A stretch of DNA of 41,878 nucleotides, from positions 4,812,759 to 4,854,636 of the forward strand of contig OZ199839.1 of the NCBI GenBank assembly GCA_964304625.1, read 5' to 3'. The notes under the pieces are model-generated. The model made no database searches, was not told the origin of the DNA, and saw nothing but the letters and a program-made list of their open reading frames with translations. Shown in pieces: positions 35,062 through 41,878 of this stretch. Every line of letters begins with the position of its first letter. Within the stretch, counting starts at the first letter, position 1. The stretch is from Kudoa neothunni. Its lineage: Eukaryota; Animalia; Cnidaria. The position numbers and the translations under genes were made by a program.

Positions 35062-36185
35062 TTTCCCTAAAAACTCTAACGTCCACAACACGAAAATCAA
35101 CGAGGCCACGTGAGAGTCAAAATTTAAAATGTATGATTGTATACACCAATATTTTCTCTTTTATCTTGATATGTTTTTAAATTATAATAAAATATTGTAG
35201 ATTGTAAAATCTGAATTAAATGGATGAGAGAATATGGGTTTTGTTGTTGACTCATTTAATTCTCGTGGGAAGTGCACTTGATAGAAATTCAATTAGTTTC
35301 CTTATAATTCCAAATAAATAAGAAATAACTAAATTTTTATTTTTTATTAAGTAAGTGTCAAATATTTCTATAATTCTAAACCAATCATATTATTGGATTA
35401 ACTTTCATTTAAATAATATTTGGGGGACTTTTTCAGTTATTCAACAATTGCAAAAAAATTAGCTTACTTTAGATACCTAATTAACAGTTTATCTGAAGCT
35501 ATGTAATCTTCTAATACAGCTATACGAACAGAAGCGTGTGGCTAAACAAAATGTTATATTTAATAAATTGCAATGAAGCATAAAGTATCACACAAAAAAG
35601 GATATTTTTCGTTCATGGAACTGGCTTTAATCTTATTAAAGTAAGTTAATTACCCACATTTATAGAGTCAGTATTGGTTATTTCAGTAGATCGATCGATA
35701 TCTCGTTAATTTTTTGATGCCTAAAATTCCAACTGTTAATATATCTATTAATATCAACACATTAAAGGGTGTTAGCTATTAATTAGTCGACTGTGATTGT
35801 TATCTTACCACCGGGACTATTATGTTGGATTATTAGCGACTTTAGAATAGAATATTAAAAAACTAAGAATTGCTAATTAAAATCCATAACATTATTTTTA
35901 TTCTTGCGCAACAAATAAATATTACGCGAGAAAAGAAATTTAAATTATACTGGTTAATATGTGTTAGATGCTATCAAAAAAGACAGATTGTTTAGAATAA
36001 GGCCTGACTGGTGGAAATCCGTAACGATAATGACCATTAATAGTTTTTACTATGGTTAAGATTCAGATTTTTACGGTAATATTGTTCTAAGTAGATCAGT
36101 CTGGTGACAGTAATTAACTTTTTCCGCTATCTCAGATCTTGAGCTAGCATTAACGAGTGTTTTCGGGTTCAACCTGGAAAGAGTA

Positions 36186-36569
36186 ATGTGCGAGAAGTGC
36201 GTGATAGAGCCGTTTTGTAATCGTGGAATTCGATGCGACCAGAGGGGCGTTCACATACCCAACTATAAGGGTTGCTATTGTATACTATTAGGATATTATT
36301 TAGTTGATTTAGGATGCATAAAATGTGGAGAGAAAACATTAATGGAAGATTGTTTATATAGGGTAATTGAGGACGATGTTGAACAAGTATTTTTCGAGCA
36401 TGATTGTGCCGCTTGCCGACATCGAATCGGTAAGCATGAATTTTTCAGAGAAATCTCAATGTTTCGGCAGACATTAAAAATGAATTGCATATTGTGTGGA
36501 GTGGGTAATCTGAATACAACCATGTTGTTGTACGATCCCCATCAATATGGGAATGGTCAATTATGGTAG
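36186..36569 (+). CDS. CHURC1: Churchill zinc-binding protein, copy 1 (113 aa after removing intron 36271-36312)
   Basis: MCxxC...NRG..C...NYKGCxxC...HxCxxCxHxIxxH...MNCILCG...DP pattern of Churchill. A 42-nt GT-AG intron lies at the same position as in copy 2. Confidence 0.88.
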   Translation: MCEKCVIEPFCNRGIRCDQRGVHIPNYKGCYCILLGYYLVDLGCIKCGEKTLMEDCLYRVIEDDVEQVFFEHDCAACRHRIGKHEFFREISMFRQTLKMNCILCGVGNLNTTMLLYDPHQYGNGQLW

Positions 36570-37626
36570 TTTGAATGCTGGTTGGCCAATTTATAACAAT
36601 TTGGTATCTATTTAATAACTAGATAAAATCATTTTTGCTAGAATTATGTGAATTTTTGATTTATGTTTTCGGCGCCAAATGTTATATAATTATTTTATTT
36701 CAACGAATGCATTTTTCTATTTATATTTAATCATTTCATCATTGGAAACCAAATAATTAATTGAATAATACAGAGGAGCGCTTCGGTTTTTATATCTGAT
36801 TAATTTTTTAAAGTCTCTTTTTAATATGAATATAGATTTTCGCGACAGCTTTTGCGTGTTTACGCTAGTTGATAAAATTTCGGCATTGTTTTTTAAGAAA
36901 AATTTATTTTAATATTAAAAATTACAAATCTAAAATTACTGCGATTTTCCCGTCAACCTACATTGTCGTAAAATATGATAAATATATTGGCCAGTTTATT
37001 TGGATTAAATATTATATTCCTTTTAATAAACGATCTTCCTATATTGGTTGTGCTATCGAATTTTTCTTGAACTAAAATTTAATTTATATTATAAGAGAAT
37101 TTCATCAACGCCGAAAATAATTTATTTTTCAATGACTTAAATGAATTTTGGTCTCATTTTTATACTATTCTTTAAAATATGTATCTTAACTTCCCAATAT
37201 TTATATAAAAGCAGTTGATTCAGTGGATATATTTTTGTATTTCTTACAAATTTTGTTCTCATCTTAGTTGCCAAGAATTAAGAATTGAGGGGGAAGAAAA
37301 AAATTCCAGCCGGCTTATATTTTGTATATTGACCTTATTTATTATAATAAATAACGCAGATAATCACGAAAATTTTACCAACTATATTTATACGGATTTC
37401 ATGGATTTATTTATTTCAGAATTGAAGAATTGAAGAAAAAAATGTGTCTAGAAATCCTAATCTAACCACAACAATCGTGATTACGGGAAGATTAAAATCC
37501 CACTCACTTTTGTAAATTCAACAATGACTATCTTTGAATAGAAAAAAATATTTATGCACATTAAAATAATAATCACACCTTAAACATCCATTCCTATCGT
37601 GTCCTTTCGGCTAACACCAAAGTGGA

Positions 37627-38009
37627 ATGTGTGAAGGTTGCACAAAGGATCCTTATTGTGATCGCGGTTCTACATGTTGTGAAAAAGGGACCTATATGAT
37701 GAATTATAAAGGTTTTTCGGATGGGTTGTCTGCATAGTATCACAAAATCTAGGTTGTAAACAATGTGGAGCCAATAATATCAACGATGAAGCCTATACTG
37801 AAGTGGATAATGGTGAAAGTGAGGAAGTTTCGTACAATCATACTTGTGCATCCTGCAAACATATTATTGGTGAGCACAATTACTCTTTTAAAGTCAATGA
37901 AAGTCATCAGTTTTATGATATGAACTGTGTGTTATGTGGCGTTGGGGAATATTCAACCACTATTCTACCTTACAACCCAGAGAAAAACCATTTAAATGGA
38001 ACATTTTAG
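37627..38009 (+). CDS. CHURC1: Churchill zinc-binding protein, copy 2 (113 aa; intron 37712-37752)
   Basis: MCEGCTKDPYCDRGSTCCEKGTYMMNYKG|CKQCG...EEVSYNHTCASCKHIIGEHNYSFKV..QFYDMNCVLCGVGEYSTTILPYNP. All Churchill Cys/His ligands are present. Confidence 0.92.
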
Positions 38010-38220
38010 CTGTTGATTTTTATTTGTCAAGAATCAATTTTTACTTTGTATTTTTGTATGTGATCTAAACTACTAAAATGTCGTCATCAAATTCTTTTTA
38101 TAACAGATTTCTCTCCTTTTCTCATTATCGTTTTGTAAAAAAGAAAAAATATGTTAGGAATCATTCTCAATTAATTTTTTATTAAAATTGCCCAAAATAG
38201 TGGTAGAGTTGTGCGTTTAA

Positions 38221-40564
38221 CCCTTAAACACTATCCCTGGTCTCTACGAGCCCACTTCCGAATAAAACTCGCTTTAAATTCGTCAATTTTAATCATTTTT
38301 ACCCCGGATTTCACGTAAATTCATAAACAATTGTTTTCCGCATATTAAGCTGTTTGAGATACAGGTGAGCTTATTATTAAGTAAACAAATAACAAATCCA
38401 GCCATTTTTAATCCTAAATATTAACAGGATTTTCCCAGCACATTGTATTCTTCAGCAATAATGGCTTCTTCTGATGCAGAAAGTATATCTTCAGGTGAAA
38501 TTGAAAAGTTATTGCAGATAGAAAGAGAACCTAAATTTTGTAATGCTAAATTATTGAGTAATTTCAATTTTGAAGGATTTTGCATTATATTTCTGTTTAT
38601 AGATGATATTGAGACTACAAACGAATGCACCCCAATAGATGAAAATGGTATAAGTTCCACTTATTATATTTCAAAAGACGAATCTTTAATCTGGTCTTCA
38701 AAATCCATACCTGGACGAACTGCCAATCAAAATATTATCAATAATGACCCAGAGGAAGGCAAACCTATTGTAACATTGGATACAACAACCGTATTGAGCT
38801 CATTTTCGCATTTTATAAAAGAAGAGACGATCGAAGAAATTTTATCGTTCACAAACCGCAACGGTCTTGAAAAATATAATGATCCGTAGAAACGCCTAGA
38901 TTGCATCGAGTTAAAAGCTTTCTTAGGATTGCTGTTATTGGCTGATGCCTATAAATCAAACCTAGAGTGTACCTGGATTCTGTGACATGAGATTTCAAAA
39001 AATCTTAAATTGCTTGTGCTTTGATGAATATTGGAAGCCTAAAAAGTTCCCAAATTTAGCTGATAAATTTTCCCCGTCAGTAAACTGTTTGGAAATATTT
39101 CTAGAATCTGTAGGAATAGTTGTATCTCAGGACCTAATTTGACCGTAGATGAACAACTATATCCGTTCCGAGGGCGTGTATCATTTCTCGTTTACATGCC
39201 AAAAGAACCATGCAAATATGGGCTAAAATTTTGGATCGTATGTGATAGTCAAACACATTATGTATCCAACTTTTTTCCTTACTTGGGTAAAATTGATGAG
39301 TGCCGTGAAACAAATCTGTTTTAAAGTTGTCATTGATTTGACTCAACATTTGTTGGACTCGGGATGTACTATTACATGCGATAATTATTTCACTTCCTAG
39401 AAGCTAGCTCTATATCTACGATAAATAAAAACGTCCACTCTTGGTACGGTACGCAAATGTCGAACATTCATTCCAACTGAATTTCAACCAAATAACTCTC
39501 GGAAGATATTTTCATCCTTATTTGGTTTCTATAAGTCATAAACCCTAATTTCTTATGTACTGACGAAAAACAAGGCTGTAATAATTCTTTCTTCGGAGCA
39601 TCGTACTCCAAGCGTTAGTTCAGAGTACCATCGTAAACCAAAAGCAATTTTGGATTATAATGTACAGAAATGTGGTGTTGACACTTTGGATCAATGTATT
39701 TTCCACTTATACATGTAAAAGAAAATGTTGACGGTGGCCGTTTGCTGTATTTTGTCAAATACTTGATATAGCTGCGTTCAATGCATTTTCGTCGTCTGTA
39801 TGCATGGCAATCCCGATTATTGACGCAAACAAGTCAAATCGTCGCCAACAATTTCTCGTGGATTTGTCCATGTCATTAATTAAGCTCGAGAGGAATGGAG
39901 ATATAAAATGGCATTTGTTTTTAACCAGCCTGCTGTCAAAAGAACAATGGAAATAGTTGGTTTCGAATTTAATAAAGAAAGTGATCCTCCAGTGGAAAAA
40001 CAAGAAAATAATCAAAGAAAGCGATGCCGTTTGTGTCCTCCTATCAGTATTGTACGTAGAAGCAAGTAAATCCGTCACTTATGTGATAGAAGTGTTTGTA
40101 ATGAACATTCAAAGAAAACATTATCTTTTTAAACTGTGACTCATAACAAAATTAATTTAAACATATTTTTTTCCCATGGTTTTTTATTGAACGTAATGTG
40201 AAGTTTATAACGATTGGAACATATAGTAGAAATGAATTAAAAACAAATAATTTTTGATTTTGCTAACTACTATAATAGGAATGTTGATTAAAATACAAAT
40301 AAATTAAAACTGACACCGAATAAATACATTTTAATAATAGGAAACAATATAATAATTTTTTTGTTATGCGTAATAATATAGTTTATCATATTACCTTTAA
40401 CTGTTCTATTTTTATTTATATATCGTATATAATGTGACATGTCAATAGTAGAAGAGTTAATTTAAGATTAAATTATAATACTGCGTTCGACGTAAGTTAA
40501 TCACTGGGCTCCTGGAGCCTAGGGTTAATGTTTACGGGAGCGCCAGGAGGTTAGTGTTTAAGGG
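38221..40564 (+). mobile_element. Full-length piggyBac element with inactivated PGBD4-like transposase
   Basis: 13-bp TIRs CCCTTAAACACTA / TAGTGTTTAAGGG, with TTAA on the left and TGAA (mutated TSD) on the right. Motifs LTVDEQLYPFRGR..YMPKEPCKYGLKFW, ITCDNYFTS, LDYNVQKCGVDTLDQ, RWP and a C-terminal Cys-rich domain, with stops and frameshifts. Confidence 0.92.
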
Positions 40565-40717
40565 TGAATACTTTGGGAGATGAAAGGGATATCATATGTA
40601 CAATATCTAATATTTGATTATATTTCCTTCAAGTGACCAATATTAATGAGTGTAACATATAGAATTAGCCTGTCTTAATATATAACCTAGAAATCGAGTA
40701 ATTTCTACCTCCTGTGA

Positions 40718-41878
40718 AAGCGGTGATTCCCAACCGGGGTTCGACGAACGAAGAAAATTTTGATTTTCCGTTCTGCACACCCTGTTGGCACAATTTGAGT
40801 AGTACCGTGTTTCCACGAAAATAAGATAAGGTCTTATATTTAACACATGAAAATTAGCACTAGGTCTTATTTTCGATTAATTCAGGTACCGCGGGAAGCT
40901 ACCTATTTTGATTAAATACAAAGATTTCCCTTAAAATAAAAATATATTTAGATAAATACACTCCTTCCACTATATTTCATAACATCCTTAATCAAAAAGT
41001 GACCATATATGATTATTTATTGCCCCCTCCTCCATAAAGAATATACTATGTGCCTTAAGTTATCTGCGGTGTCATCTTTAAGTCTTATCAGATCGATCAG
41101 CTGCGACTGGTTGTCTTTGATTTATATTGTTAATTATTATAAGTATGCTGAAGAAGACGAAAAAGTGGTCCGACAACCATGTTGAATATGGTTTCACCGT
41201 AGTAAATCCTGCCAATGAAAGTCAGCGCCCCTAGTGTAGGATCCGTAATGCTGTGCTAAGTAATTCTAGCCTCGCTCCTGCAAAACTACGTGAACATTTT
41301 GTGAAGCTTCATGCGAATGGCCAATATAAAAATGCAACAATTGCAGATTTTAGCGATATTGTATCTTATGTCGGAGCCTATTCCTCGCAGTGGCGCTAGT
41401 GTTACAAACGGAAATCATTATCTAATCTGGGCTTTGTGTCAACTGACAAACTAATTTTGCTAGCATCCTACGAAATATCATATTTGATCGGAAAACTAAA
41501 AAAGCCTCATACAATTGGCGAATCATTAGTTAAACCAGCTGCGATGCAAATGGAAAATATCCTTTTAGGTAAGGCCGCCGAAACTAAATTTTTCCCAAGT
41601 TTCTCTCTCCAATAATACTGTGCGATGCAGAATTATAGATATAAGCAATGATATACTGTGGTAAATACTGGAACATCTGACTTCAAGCCCACTAAAATTT
41701 AGCCTCCAACTTGACGAAACTACGGATATTGTTGATATGTGCCAGCTTTCTGTATTTGTGAGATATTTCTACCAAAATTCGATAAAAGAAGAAAACTTGG
41801 TCTATAATCGCCTCAAGAAGACGACAAGAGCATCTGATATGAAAAAAATGGTGGATGACTTTTTCCAAGAACACCAAC
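40718..41878 (+). mobile_element. hAT transposon of the Buster/ZBED8 type, degraded, running off the window
   Basis: TIR-like GCGGTGATTCCCAACC near 40720. Transposase from about 41145: KKWSDNHVEYGFT, VLSNSSLAPAKLREHF, LASYEISYLIGKLKKPHTIGESLVKPAA, LSNNTV, FSLQLDETTDI..CQLSVFVRY. Confidence 0.85.
40805..40886. repeat. Tiny TA-flanked Tc2/pogo-like MITE remnant
   Basis: TA|CCGTGTTTCCACGAAAATAAGA ... TCTTATTTTCGATTAATTCAGG|TA. The CGAAAATAAGA core is perfectly inverted. Confidence 0.4.

Noticed and set aside
35107-35112. CACGTG E-box upstream of STOML2
   Set aside because: A single hexamer is not enough to support a regulatory call.
36186-36569. Churchill-1 as an intronless retrocopy with a 14-aa insertion
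   Set aside because: The insertion is a GT-AG segment at exactly the intron position of copy 2.
1-41878. CRISPR arrays, tRNA, rRNA or snRNA genes
   Set aside because: No regularly spaced repeats or recognisable structured-RNA signatures were seen by eye. A tRNAscan-SE/Infernal run would be needed to exclude divergent ones.

Overview
AT-rich animal (metazoan) genomic DNA with very short spliceosomal GT-AG introns (about 34-77 nt), so most real genes are invisible or fragmented in the ORF track. The short introns, divergent proteins and DNA-transposon load resemble a compact parasite genome such as a myxozoan cnidarian; this is inference only. I spliced nine host genes by hand: an F-box protein with an internally duplicated unknown domain (6330-8503, -); a divergent CHMP2/ESCRT-III-like gene (9166-9974, +); two small coiled-coil paralogues that share that gene's exon lengths and phases (22043-22470 and 25719-26176, +); mitochondrial ribosomal protein L28 (-) head-to-head with an apparently HORMA-only ATG13 (+); STOML2 (-); and two tandem, diverged Churchill genes (+). 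Roughly half of the window is decayed, often nested, DNA transposons: MULE, ISXO2/Merlin, Tigger/pogo, Tc1/IS630, three hAT lineages, piggyBac and its non-autonomous derivatives, a Kolobok-like MITE and an inverted pair of non-autonomous Helitrons. I found no rRNA, tRNA or CRISPR. The best candidates for something undescribed are the three-member coiled-coil family, possibly ESCRT-III-derived and linked by a shared 105/47-nt exon signature, and the F-box protein with a duplicated uncharacterised domain.
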